DNA from: Elsinoe ampelina
Taxonomy: Eukaryota
NCBI GenBank assembly: GCA_010093995.1
Contig: ML992533.1
Location: 1 to 54,294 of the forward strand
Direction of reading: 5' to 3'
DNA: 54,294 bases
In this document: positions 21,533 to 31,981 of the stretch, one piece after another
How positions within the stretch are numbered: position 1 is the first letter of the stretch
Layout: every line of letters starts with the position of its first letter
Notes under the pieces: model-generated
Seen by the model: the letters and a program-made list of their open reading frames with translations, nothing else
Told to the model about the DNA's origin: nothing
Databases searched by the model: none
Position numbers and translations under genes: made by a program

Positions 21533-23446
21533 TTAATCAATGACAATGACCTCATCCAACCTCGCATGCTTTGAAGGAGTCTCCATATGGGATCCACCCC
21601 ACTTCCTCTTCACCGCCGCACTGGCTAATGCAGCTGGCCCCTCGATATTGAGTTGCTTCGAGATGAAAGTTGTTGGCGCACGCGGCACAGTACCAGAGGC
21701 TGGTGGCTTCGGCACACGCTCGATCATGACCTTTGGGGTCGATATTGGTGTACTTGAGATCCTGATTGTGTTCTGGATGGCGCTTGATAGATCCCCAGAC
21801 AAGTCTATCTCATCGACAACTTCTCCTATGGCAGGCACGATTGGTTTCCCGTGGGCGAAGTCGACAGTCCCATCTTCTGGGGGTAGCACTTCCAACGAAG
21901 AGCTTCTGTCGTCCCTGGGTGGCGGCTGCAGCCTCGACGATGTTGCTAGCGACTTTTCGGATTCCTTGGTAGATGCCAGATTGAGCGACTGTAACGGTGG
22001 TCCCCTCTCAAGAGAAGGGGGTGGGGCATCTGGCAGGTAGATGCCCTTGCCACGGTTGAGCAGGACCCTGATATTGTCCTGATGCCTAGCCTCCGCTTCT
22101 GCACGTTCTTGAGCTCGGACAGCCGCTTCAGCGACCTCCTCAGGGGTGGGCGTAGGTCGTGGTACTTCAGTCCAGGCTTCACCCATGCATGCTTTCAGCA
22201 GAACGTCCAAGGCATCCATCTCAGCAAGTTTGCCATCGGCTTGAGAAGCTGTAGAAAGCTGCGGTAGCTCCGATACTAAGCTCGCGTCGAAGTTGATCGT
22301 CCGAACAAGATCCGCGTCTGGTTCTGCAGGCTTCTTGGACGCTCGCTTCTTCTTGAAGGATAGCCGATATTGTGCCATAAACGCCGCTGGATCCGCGGTC
22401 CGCTGAGCATTGATAAACATTCGAGAGGTCAGTATCACGGGCACGACATGCTTGGTGTATTCCACCGGCCCAAAATTGAACTTCGCCTCAAGGAATTTGT
22501 ACAGAGTAGACTCCCTCAGCTGCTTGCTTGGCCCTGACAGCAGACTTCGGTAGCCCTTCAAGACCTGATCCGAGCTGGTTTTGGGGAACGTGTAGAGTTC
22601 GAGGGCTCTCCGCGATGGCCAAAGGTCCATCTCAATCATCCTGCTCTGTTTGACAAAGATGTGCGCCCATGCCTCTTTCCTCCATGCGTGAAGATCGGCC
22701 TTGTGACCAAGCTGTACCAGTTGCTCTGCGAGCCTGCGTCCCTGATCGCTCGTGACGAATATCTCGGCTCCCTTTGCTCCGAATCCTTTCAGACCTCCTT
22801 GATCGTAGTCCCCGCCAGTGAAGAGTGCAAAAAGGATTAGATCCGCAGGCTTGATCATTTCGCCGTACCTCACCAACATCGAGTAATCCTTAAGGTCGGT
22901 AATCCTGACGTAGGTCTTGCTCTTGGGACCAGACTGGCTTCCAGATTCCTTGTATGAGCGAATCAGCCGAGTCGCGCCGAAGACAAGGGTATCACCATCG
23001 TCGCTCCAAACCGCATCAACGATACCTAATCGCTGTAGTCTGGCACATTCTGCCTCAGCCTCTCCGGGAGCAACGATGAACTGGACTCCGAAATGATCCA
23101 GCATGGACTTTAGAAGTCGAAGGCGTTCGTAGTCAATTTTCCCGCCACCACGTCGTCCTCGCTTCCACGGTCGGCCGGGACCGTCGAAAACAAAGATCAG
23201 CGTGAAGTTGAGCCTAAGTAAACCAAGGATTCGATACAGGATAGCTTTCTCGACCGGATTCGCACGCGGCTCCTTGGCTTGGATTTGCTTCACCTGCTGG
23301 TCGGTGAGGTTGTTGAACCTCCAGCATGCTTCATCAATGGCGATGCAGAAGCGACGATTTTCCTTCTGGAAGTGCTTCGATGACAGTTCTGCCAGACTGA
23401 CGACAGTCCCTTCTCCGAGGAAGTCCCAGAGCCCCGTGACGCCCAT
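21533..23446 (-). CDS. XPG/Rad2-family structure-specific nuclease, YEN1/GEN1-like
   Basis: MGVTGLW N-terminus, IAIDE, FVFDG, APGEAEAECARL, VWSDDGDTLVFGA, GGDYD helix-hairpin-type motif. Confidence 0.88.
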   Translation of the reverse strand: MGVTGLWDFLGEGTVVSLAELSSKHFQKENRRFCIAIDEACWRFNNLTDQQVKQIQAKEPRANPVEKAILYRILGLLRLNFTLIFVFDGPGRPWKRGRRGGGKIDYERLRLLKSMLDHFGVQFIVAPGEAEAECARLQRLGIVDAVWSDDGDTLVFGATRLIRSYKESGSQSGPKSKTYVRITDLKDYSMLVRYGEMIKPADLILFALFTGGDYDQGGLKGFGAKGAEIFVTSDQGRRLAEQLVQLGHKADLHAWRKEAWAHIFVKQSRMIEMDLWPSRRALELYTFPKTSSDQVLKGYRSLLSGPSKQLRESTLYKFLEAKFNFGPVEYTKHVVPVILTSRMFINAQRTADPAAFMAQYRLSFKKKRASKKPAEPDADLVRTINFDASLVSELPQLSTASQADGKLAEMDALDVLLKACMGEAWTEVPRPTPTPEEVAEAAVRAQERAEAEARHQDNIRVLLNRGKGIYLPDAPPPSLERGPPLQSLNLASTKESEKSLATSSRLQPPPRDDRSSSLEVLPPEDGTVDFAHGKPIVPAIGEVVDEIDLSGDLSSAIQNTIRISSTPISTPKVMIERVPKPPASGTVPRAPTTFISKQLNIEGPAALASAAVKRKWGGSHMETPSKHARLDEVIVID

Positions 23447-23503
23447 GGCGGAGTTGGCACCGCACGAACGGGATGGGAACGATGGTGAAGGAATGGGAGA
23501 GGA

Positions 23504-23509
23504 ACGCGT
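23504..23509. promoter_or_regulatory. MCB-type box (ACGCGT) upstream of the nuclease gene
   Basis: Perfect ACGCGT ~58 bp upstream of the ATG, with a second ACGCG at ~23524. Confidence 0.4.
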
Positions 23510-23682
23510 GAACGATTCCAGGGACGCGCCGAACCACGAGATTGACTTTCACGCTTGGCCCAAATGGAAATTCCGCTCAAGCTCCAGCGGAAGTGGGGCA
23601 TCCACCACACTGGACAGGTCGATTGTGGTAGAGACGGCTCTCGCGCATCGAGTCATCGCAACGACGTATCAAGCATCACACG

Positions 23683-24447
23683 ATGAGTGCAATTGACCCG
23701 TCCACAGGACAGGCGCTGCCCGAGTCCGCCATCCTTCGCGTCCTCTTCACTTGCTCCAAAGTCCACGTCTATGCCATCCCACCTCTGACCTCCTCCCGTG
23801 GTTTTCAAGCTGGGCCATGGACAGCTCCACCCCGACCTACCGCCAAACAGATATTCACGGCTCGAGTGCGAGTGATTGAGGTCAGTGTCGACTCTAAGCT
23901 GAAATGCAACATCGTCTTGGAAGACCCGAACACCGGCGATCTATTCGCAGCTGCACCTTACACCAGTCGAGAAGTGGTACAAGCCGCAACAGACAGCAGC
24001 CGTTTCTTCGCAGTACGAGTCGTGGGAGATGGAGGTATGAAGGCAACATTGGGCATAGGGTTCGAGGAGAGAAGTGATGCAGTGGACTTTGGCATCGCAC
24101 TTGCGGACGAGAGGAAGGTGATGGGCATGGAGGGACCAGGACAAGGTACCAAGGCGGCCACGCAAGAGAAGAAACCTATCCAGGAAATCAAGCGTGACTG
24201 GGGTCTCAAAGACGGGGAAAGTCTTGTTGTCGAAATCGGCGGCAAGGGTAGGAAGGTGAGGGACACCACGGATAAAGTCGAGGACAACAAAGCACTGTTC
24301 AGCATTGCTCCGCCACCTTCTGGGGGAAATCAGAACACATTTTTCGGCAGCTTACCACCTCCGCCATCGGCATCCGACGCGAAGTCAGGCAGGAAGCACG
24401 CTGAAGACCTAGGCTTTGACGATGGCGAATTTGGAGAGTTTCAATGA
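23683..24447 (+). CDS. NECAP (adaptin ear-binding coat-associated) family protein
   Basis: VHVYAIPP...LFAAAPY...DSSRFFAVRV...LGIGFEERSDAVDF PHear-type motifs; C-terminal DDGEFGEFQ. Confidence 0.88.
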   Translation: MSAIDPSTGQALPESAILRVLFTCSKVHVYAIPPLTSSRGFQAGPWTAPPRPTAKQIFTARVRVIEVSVDSKLKCNIVLEDPNTGDLFAAAPYTSREVVQAATDSSRFFAVRVVGDGGMKATLGIGFEERSDAVDFGIALADERKVMGMEGPGQGTKAATQEKKPIQEIKRDWGLKDGESLVVEIGGKGRKVRDTTDKVEDNKALFSIAPPPSGGNQNTFFGSLPPPPSASDAKSGRKHAEDLGFDDGEFGEFQ

Positions 24448-24467
24448 ATGCCTCAGATGGCTTCTGG

Positions 24468-25964
24468 CTATCTACTACCTCGCAGTAGCCAAATCAGCGC
24501 TCCAGCCACCGTCAGACCGGCAGCTGCGCCCTCCAAGGCTATTGACGTGACCTCGATCTTCCGCAGCGTCAGCATGTCGTCGCTCAGCGGTCCTGCCGAC
24601 CACGCAGAGTACACCTCTTTGGTGCGAAACCATGCGCTCTTGAGTGTATGAAGCACATACGCTTGCCAGTCACCGGGGTATTTGGCAGGTGGGGCATCTG
24701 CACCAGCGCCAGGTGGTTCCACCACTAAAGCGACCTCGTTTGGTTTGGCCTCGATGTCCGCCGTCACTGGTAGGGGCACCTGCGCGCTTGGTCCTTCGAC
24801 GGCCTCCAGTAACAGCCCTGATGGCTCGGGGGATCGGTCGGTCTGCCCGTGTATCTCGTCCAAGGAAGGTTCCGATGCAAGATCACCGATTGGCTCTTTC
24901 TCCGCCACGGCTATTGGTGGAAGGGCTTCGCCGCGCACGTCGGCCATCACCGTATGCGTCTTCTCCGTGTTCTGCGGCACCAAGGTCCTCTGGTCTAGCG
25001 CATCCTTCACTTCCCTCACAAGCCGCCGCCTTCTCCATGGCTCTACTATACCAATATTCGATACCAGTAGCAAGATGTTTAGTCCCATCAGACCGAATGT
25101 CACCCATGTACTGTTACGGCGGATCGTGTCACTCCATACCTGCTCTTCGTGATACTGCCTCCGCTCCTTCTTTTCAAGATCTGTTCTGGCTTCTTCCAGT
25201 GCCCTCTCCACCTCTGCTAGCTTCTGCTTGGCTTGGGTAACGCCTTGTTCGTGGAGATGCTCGGATCGAATCAGCGATGTGTATCGGTCGAGATCGTGCG
25301 GTGTCCACGAAGCCTTGCGTTCCAGCAGTGACACGACTTCCCGTTGTGACGATATCTGAGCACTGTGTGCGGTCGTGTAGGCGTCCTTGGCTGAAGCGAC
25401 GGAGTCATGGAGCGCTTTCACCTTCTTTTCCAGTTCAACAATTTGTCTCCTGATATTCTCAATACCCGTGTAGTCCGTACCAGTGTAGGTATTGAGTCGT
25501 TGTCCTGCCACCGCAGCTTTGGCAAGCATGTCATCCATGAATGCCTGGAATCGCTTCGAGTATTCGCTCCGTAACGACTGAGTGTGTGATGGTAGCTTCT
25601 CATGATCATTGTTTGGCGCGGATCCTGGTATTGATATGCTTGATGAGGGATCAATTGGTAGTTCCGTCGCAGCAGTTGGCGGGAGCGAGCTCGCTGAGGG
25701 TGCGTCTTCTGGCGATGAGGGGGGCAGACTCGTGCGCAGGTCTGGTGTGTCTTTATTGTTGTATCGCAGAGCACTGGATGCAAAAGTCCTCTGATAGGCA
25801 GTTTTCGAACTGGTGAGACGTCCATGCTGGCGAATTGACGGAATGAGCGCTCGGCACCTTTGACATGTCCATGTCGAAGTTTTTGATAGAACGGGTGGTG
25901 AGCTGGTTGCGAGCCTGTCAAGAGCTTTCAGCAGATTTCTCGTTCCATGCCAGGAACCACTCAT
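24468..25964 (-). CDS. SHE9: Mitochondrial inner-membrane protein She9/Mdm33
   Basis: Presequence-like N-terminus, LNTYTGTDYTGIE, SQREVVSLLERKASW, YHEEQVWSDTIRRNSTWVTFGLMGLN, EPWRRRRLV. Confidence 0.9.
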   Translation of the reverse strand: MSGSWHGTRNLLKALDRLATSSPPVLSKTSTWTCQRCRALIPSIRQHGRLTSSKTAYQRTFASSALRYNNKDTPDLRTSLPPSSPEDAPSASSLPPTAATELPIDPSSSISIPGSAPNNDHEKLPSHTQSLRSEYSKRFQAFMDDMLAKAAVAGQRLNTYTGTDYTGIENIRRQIVELEKKVKALHDSVASAKDAYTTAHSAQISSQREVVSLLERKASWTPHDLDRYTSLIRSEHLHEQGVTQAKQKLAEVERALEEARTDLEKKERRQYHEEQVWSDTIRRNSTWVTFGLMGLNILLLVSNIGIVEPWRRRRLVREVKDALDQRTLVPQNTEKTHTVMADVRGEALPPIAVAEKEPIGDLASEPSLDEIHGQTDRSPEPSGLLLEAVEGPSAQVPLPVTADIEAKPNEVALVVEPPGAGADAPPAKYPGDWQAYVLHTLKSAWFRTKEVYSAWSAGPLSDDMLTLRKIEVTSIALEGAAAGLTVAGALIWLLRGSR

Positions 25965-26308
25965 GGCACAGAAACTGCACGAGCAGATTGTGCGAAGCTC
26001 TGATTGCAGCCGGGCTGTATGTGTGAAGGAAGTATCAGCCAGCCAAAGATCCGCGAACACCGCGATCAAGCTCTTGTCGTATGCGGCTCTGGCAATATGC
26101 CGTGACAGGCTGGAATTTTCGAGGGTCTACCGGGCTACCCACTCAAAGTCCTCCGGCGGGCGGGCGTGCCTGAAACGACCCCTCGGTATGACGATCCAAG
26201 TTTTTGTTGAGATGAAAATAGATATCGTGATTGCTGTGTTTGAACTCTGCCTTCCAGTGTCCCTCTCTCCAAGTTGTTATTCCAATCACGAACCAACATT
26301 TCAGCAAA

Positions 26309-27328
26309 ATGGCTGCATCGACTCTTCCCGCGATGAAAACGTCGCCCAAATTCATCTTCTTCACGGATTTTGACGGGACAATTACGCTGAGAGACAGTAA
26401 GTTGTTTATATATGGCGGTATACACATGCTCACCACGTCGGATCGCCTACAGGCCTACACATCATACAGCTCTCGGTTCAGGCTCCTTGATCGATCGTAA
26501 GCTGACGCAAAACCACAGGCAATGATTTTCTGGTGCGTTGGATCCTCGTGTGGCGAAGGCGTCAATCACTAAACATATCCGCAGACGGACAACATCGGCT
26601 TCGGCTACGACAAAAGACGACAAGGCAATCAAGATGTTCTCACCGGCAAAGAGACGTTCCGCCAGTCGTTCCGCAAGATGATGGACTCGGTCACCACCCC
26701 GTACAACGAGTGCATCGATCTCCTCGTCAAGAACATCAAGCTCGATCCTGGTTTCAACGATTTCTTTCGCTACGCCTTGGACAACAATATTCCAGTCTTT
26801 GTCCTGTCATCTGGCATGACGCCCATCATTCGTGCAATCTTGGCTAACCTGGTAGGTCCCGACGCTGACAAGATCGACGTTGTGTGCAACGAGGTCGGCG
26901 TTAGGGAGGGCAAGAAGAGCATCAACGAAGAAGGTGGCTGGGAACTCGTCTGGCATGACGACTCGGATTTCGGTCACGACAAGAGTCTTACCATAAGACC
27001 GTACCGCAATCTGCCCGAGAAAGAACGACCCACATTGTTCTACGCAGGTGACGGAGTGAGCGACTTGTCAGCGGCAAAGGAGACCGACTTGCTGTTTGCC
27101 AAGAAAGGACACGATCTGATTGATTATTGCGTGAAAGAAGACGTGCCATTCACAGTCTTTGAGGACTGGTCTAGCATTCACAAGACCGTCAAGGACATTG
27201 TGTGAGTATCCCAAGAAGCTCCCCTTCTTTCAAGCCCGGCATTAATCCTGTACAGGGATGGCAAAACCAGAGTCGAGGATGCAGCAAAGGAGGGCTATGA
27301 GCTATACAAGAAGGGCGAGGCCAAATAG
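26309..27328 (+). CDS. HAD-superfamily phosphatase (MtnX/yeast YNL010W-like); introns 26397-26518, 26533-26584, 27202-27255
   Basis: FFTDFDGTIT motif I, VLSSG motif II, GHDK, YAGDGVSD motif IV. A 14-nt micro-exon at 26519-26532 restores DSNDFLTDNIGFG. Confidence 0.88.
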
Positions 27329-27755
27329 ATTGATCATGGTGAGCCATAGATATAGAGGCATAGACTGTCCATTAGATGGGAATAGACCAGAGGCACACAG
27401 CGAATATAATGATAGATGGAGGATTTCGAGTTTACGACGGCCTCGCAGAATGCTTCGGTCCTAGCAGCAGAGGCGGCGCTCCGATGTCTCAAAAGAAGAA
27501 TGCCAACACTATCAATTGTCGACTTTGGTCTTCATGCCGCCGGGAACAAGAGAAATCCAAGCCTCGGAAATGTATCGGGGTTTTGATTGAGTGAGGTGGA
27601 GGTGGGGCCAGTCTGTCCCGCGCCAGCCCCCGTTTGGAGATGATGGACCAAGGACCCGCGTGGCCGACATCATCATAGCATGCGGAGCTCTCCCGTCGTT
27701 CCTTGAGGTGTTCACTTAGTTGCACTTCTTGACTTGATCTTCGTATTTGACCAGC

Positions 27756-28756
27756 ATGTCGAAGCTTTCGCCAACGCTCAAGAACCTCATCAACGCACCT
27801 TTCGCCAGACCCGGAGCTGTCCCCGCACCTACTAACATCAAGAGTGTATACGAGCACGTCGCAAAAGATGCAGCTTCAAAGAATCTCGGAGTCCCAGCAT
27901 GGCTGTCAATCGCTGTAAGTACAACATCAAGATCTCCGAATCATTGTGAATTTGTTTCCGCCCCATATTTCAATGCCCATGCCGACATGTGTGACCACCT
28001 CCGCCCGCATCTCCCTCCGCAGCCACTTCATAAGACGAACTGACACCATACCAGACCGCGACAACCATGACCATGAACTCCCCCGACTCTCTCCTGACCT
28101 TACACTCCGTCGCCTCCCCCCTCCACCCGCAAGGCCCCACCACCACCGCCGCCCTCATGCGCGAGATCGGCCTCAAATGCATTGGCTTCAACGGAGTCCC
28201 CCGCACCATCAACATGCTGAACGCTTTCCGCGCTGGCCTGCCCTCGTCCGTCACGTCAGCCCTGCCAACAAACCCAACCCGCCAGCCCAACCCGCAGAAC
28301 ATCGAAGACTTTAATGCTCGCGGCAGGGGACTATGGAAGTCCATCTACCACCCCTTCGACAGCAAGTTGTACGACAAGCTGGCCGACAGCCATCCTGATC
28401 TACCGGTGCATATCTTGGCGAGCGAGTACGGGGCGCTGTTTGCGGACCCACCGAACCATGCCGAGCCGGGTGCCAAGGTGGGCAGGGTGTTGACGAGTTT
28501 GGTGGCGGTGGCGTGTTTGAGGAGTCAGACTGGGGTGGGGCCGCAGGTGTTGTCGCATGTGTTCGGGCTGAGGAAGGCGTTTGATGATGGGACATTCAAG
28601 GCGCAGGGTGAGGAGGAGGTGCAGGGTGGGGAGTGGTTGGCGGGTGATGAGGGGAGTGTGTGGTTGCTAGAGACGACGGATAAGATCGTCGAGGCGCTGG
28701 GACAGGGCAAGGGGAGCTCGTTCGCCCAGGGTATCAAGAGGGAGAGCAAGTTGTAG
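27756..28756 (+). CDS. AhpD/carboxymuconolactone decarboxylase-like protein, probably peroxisomal; intron 27915-28054
   Basis: [56 protein letters not shown]; ends in SKL (PTS1). Confidence 0.75.
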
Positions 28757-28892
28757 ATGTACAGAAGGTGTGAATCCGATATTTTGATAGATGCACAAAT
28801 TGGATATATACAGCTACATGATGACAGAATGTGCGCTAATTAATCCAGTTTTTTTGGTTGACAATTGCCCAAACAAACACGCTACTGGTCGC

Positions 28893-30645
28893 TTACTCCA
28901 TCGTCTTGAGATCCTCCGCCACCTTGAAAGTTGCGCCTGTCTTCTTCTTGATCTCCTCGACGCTAACACCTGGGGCGGTCTCGGTGAGAGTGAGTCCGCC
29001 ATTTTTCCTGTCTACCTGGAACACAGCCTGCCGCTTGTTAGTAATAAGCGTCTTCGACTTCGAATAAGACATACCAAATCAGTGATGATTGTGCTGGCGC
29101 ACCGGGCACCAGTCAATGGCAAGTTGCACTCTTGCACAATCTTGGGGCTGCCGTCCTTGGCAACGTGGTCGGTAAGCACGACAATCTTGGTCTTGTCTGG
29201 GTTGGACACCAAGTCCATGGCTCCACCCATACCCTTCAGTACAGCTCCAGGGATGAAGTAGTTGGCCAAGTCACCGTTGGCACTGACCTGGAGAGCACCG
29301 AGCATGCTCACGTCAATGTGGCCACCACGGATCATGCCGAAAGACTCGGATGAGTCGAAGGTAGATCCACCAGGAACAATGGTGACAGTTTCCTTTCCAG
29401 CGTTGATGATATCGATGTCGAGCTCCTCTTCGGTCGGGTATGGGCCCATACCGAGGAGACCGTTCTCGGAGTGGATCCAGACCTTGATACTCGAATCGAG
29501 GTAGCTAGGCGCGAGAGTTGGCATACCAACGCCCAAGTTGACGTACATGCCGTGCTGAAGCTCCTTCGCGGCGCGCTTGGCGATTCTCTCGCGACGGACC
29601 TGGGAAGAGCTGGCCTTCTCCTCGCCACCTGCCTTTGGCTTGAGCTTCTTGATCTCAAGCTTCTTATCCTCAGTGGCTGGGACAATGCGATCGACGTAGA
29701 TACCAGGGAGATCGATTTCGTCGGGGTGGAGCTCGCCCACCTTGACAATGTTCTCGGCTTCAACGATGGTGCACTTTGCGGCCTTTGCCATCATGGGGCC
29801 GAAGTTGCCGGTAGTGTATCGGAAGACGCAGTTTCCGGCTTCGTCGACCTTGTAGGCGCGAACCATGGCCACCTCAGCCTCGATCGCATGTTCAAGATTA
29901 TACTTGCGGCCATTAAAGACACGAGTCTCGCGCTTGTTACCAGGCACTTCGACAGTCGGCTTCTCGCCTTCCTTGATGGGAGCGTATTTGATAGGGATCT
30001 CGCCAGTCTCAATGTAAGTGCTCACACCCGTGGGCGTGTAGAAAGCAGGAATACCAGCACCAGCCGCTCGCAGACGCTCAGCGATAGTACCTTGAGGAGT
30101 GAGTTCGATGGAGATTTGACCGGTAAGCCACTTCTGTTCGAGCTTCTTATTGGCGCCAAGGAAGGACAGAATCAGACGGTCGACTTGGCCGGAGTTGACC
30201 AGCACAGCGAGACCGTCGTCACCAGCTCCAGCGTTGTTTGAGACAGCCTTCAGTGAGTGGAGGTCCTTTCCACGTCGTGCGATAGCAGAGATGATCGTGT
30301 CTGGTTTGTCAGCTTGACCCATGCATGACGTACATCATTCTTACCAGGCGTTCCGCAAAGACCGAAACCAGCGCTGAGTAGGGTGGAGCCAGATTTGATG
30401 TCTGCTACAGCCTCATCTGCACTCTTGAAGACCTTGCCTTTCGATCTGTCGACCACAGGAGCTAAGCTCTCACTCCCAACCTTGACTGGCGACGCGGTGT
30501 CTTGCGTCAATTGCCGAGTCTGACGGAATGTGGCAGGGATTGTAACGCTGGGACGAGCTACGCTCTGCCATCGTGATCTCAGAGCAAATGAAGCACTGGG
30601 ACGTGTGGCGGCAAACCGGGTGGCGGCTCGTCGAGGAGCTGCCAT
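28893..30645 (-). CDS. Mitochondrial succinyl-CoA:3-ketoacid CoA transferase (SCOT); introns 30301-30344, 29028-29074
   Basis: Arg-rich presequence, GFGLCGTP, PQGTIAERLRAAGAGIP, NLGVGMP, SENG catalytic Glu, GMGGAMDLV. Confidence 0.93.
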
Positions 30646-31056
30646 TGTTGCTTGGTGGAGCTCGAGGCCAGTGATGTGGGGAAGAGGCTGGAAGTCCCGG
30701 GCAGCTACGAAAGGCACAGTTGTGGTTGTGAGCTGCTATACGTGATATAGTGATGATTGAAGAAGTCAATTGAAGGATAAGTTTACATCCAAGAACAGTC
30801 AGCGGAACGGATATCCGAGGATAGTGCCGGGAGAAGTCGTGAAGACGAGACCATCGGGATCTCTTCTTCTTCTCCAACTGTCGCCAATGCGGAGTCGCTC
30901 TTGGGTCTCGGTTCCAAAACGCGGGAACTGCGCGGTGGAGCTCTACAGGGCGGAATCACGCCCGCCCTCGGGAGGACGAACCCACATTCTTTGTTCCCGA
31001 CTCGCGAGGTGGAGGAGCAGCACCTCGACCTACGATACGTCCAACAAATTTACATC

Positions 31057-31779
31057 ATGGTAAGTCCTAGCGATTACCTGGGCTCTAGCACAATCAACTG
31101 ACATACCGGCCAGGCTCCCATTCGCAAGAATGCGCGCACGCGCATGCGAGCTAAGGCTGCACCGAAAACCTCAGACTCGACAGCGAAAAATGCTCGACTC
31201 CGAGATAGTGCAGAACTCGAGGTAGGCATCGGCCCAGACGACAGCCCCTTCTCGAGCTTCGGTACGAACAAGAAGGACCGACAGCGCATGCGACATAGCG
31301 CACTTCTGCACCGCATATCAAAGACAGCTCCCGGCGCACAGGTGAAAAAGCGACGAAGGCCTAGCAAGAAGCTTGCAGCAGATCTGGACGGTCTCCTTGG
31401 CGCTTTGCCAGATGTCCCGGATGCCACACAAGCAGGGAACGACGAGGCGGACGAATGGGAAGGCATATCAGACGACGAGGACGAGAGTAGCGTGAAGTTG
31501 CCGGGCGACTTGGGCCGGATAGCAAGAGTCCGGCGGCGCAAGGGGAACACAACCGCGAAGATGGAGATGAAGTCTATCAAATCGCGGCCGGGAGCCATGA
31601 AGAAGAAGGCACAGCTGGAAATGGCGGAGAAGGATAGGTTTGCGAAGAATATGGCGCAGATGGCTCCATCGATACATGGCGATGGCGCTCAAGTGCAATC
31701 CGCTGATCGGTGGTCGTCCTTGAGGGCCTTCATTGGTCAGACTATGCAGCAGAGTCCATTGTTCAAGAATCCTGCATGA
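31057..31779 (+). CDS. SLX9-like ribosome biogenesis protein; ATG-only first exon, intron 31060-31113
   Basis: ATG|GTAAGT...CTGAC...CAG|GCT; KKDRQRMRHSALL, KRRRPSKKL, SRPGAMKKK...EKDRF...RWSSLRAFI motifs. Confidence 0.7.
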
Positions 31780-31981
31780 GACATGTTAGGAGAGGCAGGT
31801 CACGAAGTGTACGATTATGACGTGGTACTATTGGAAGAGACTACATCGCTAGATGATATGTATTATCTCCAGATCATGACAGCGTAGATACCCAAGCATG
31901 CAATGCCCAACACCTTCCGTCAGACGTGTCACCCCTTGCTTCGCTGAATTTTGCCCCCTTGCGCCGAAACATTCTTCCCGT

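Noticed and set aside
26397..26518. Stwintron (nested intron) in the HAD gene
   Set aside because: Excising the putative internal intron does not reconstitute a GT donor.
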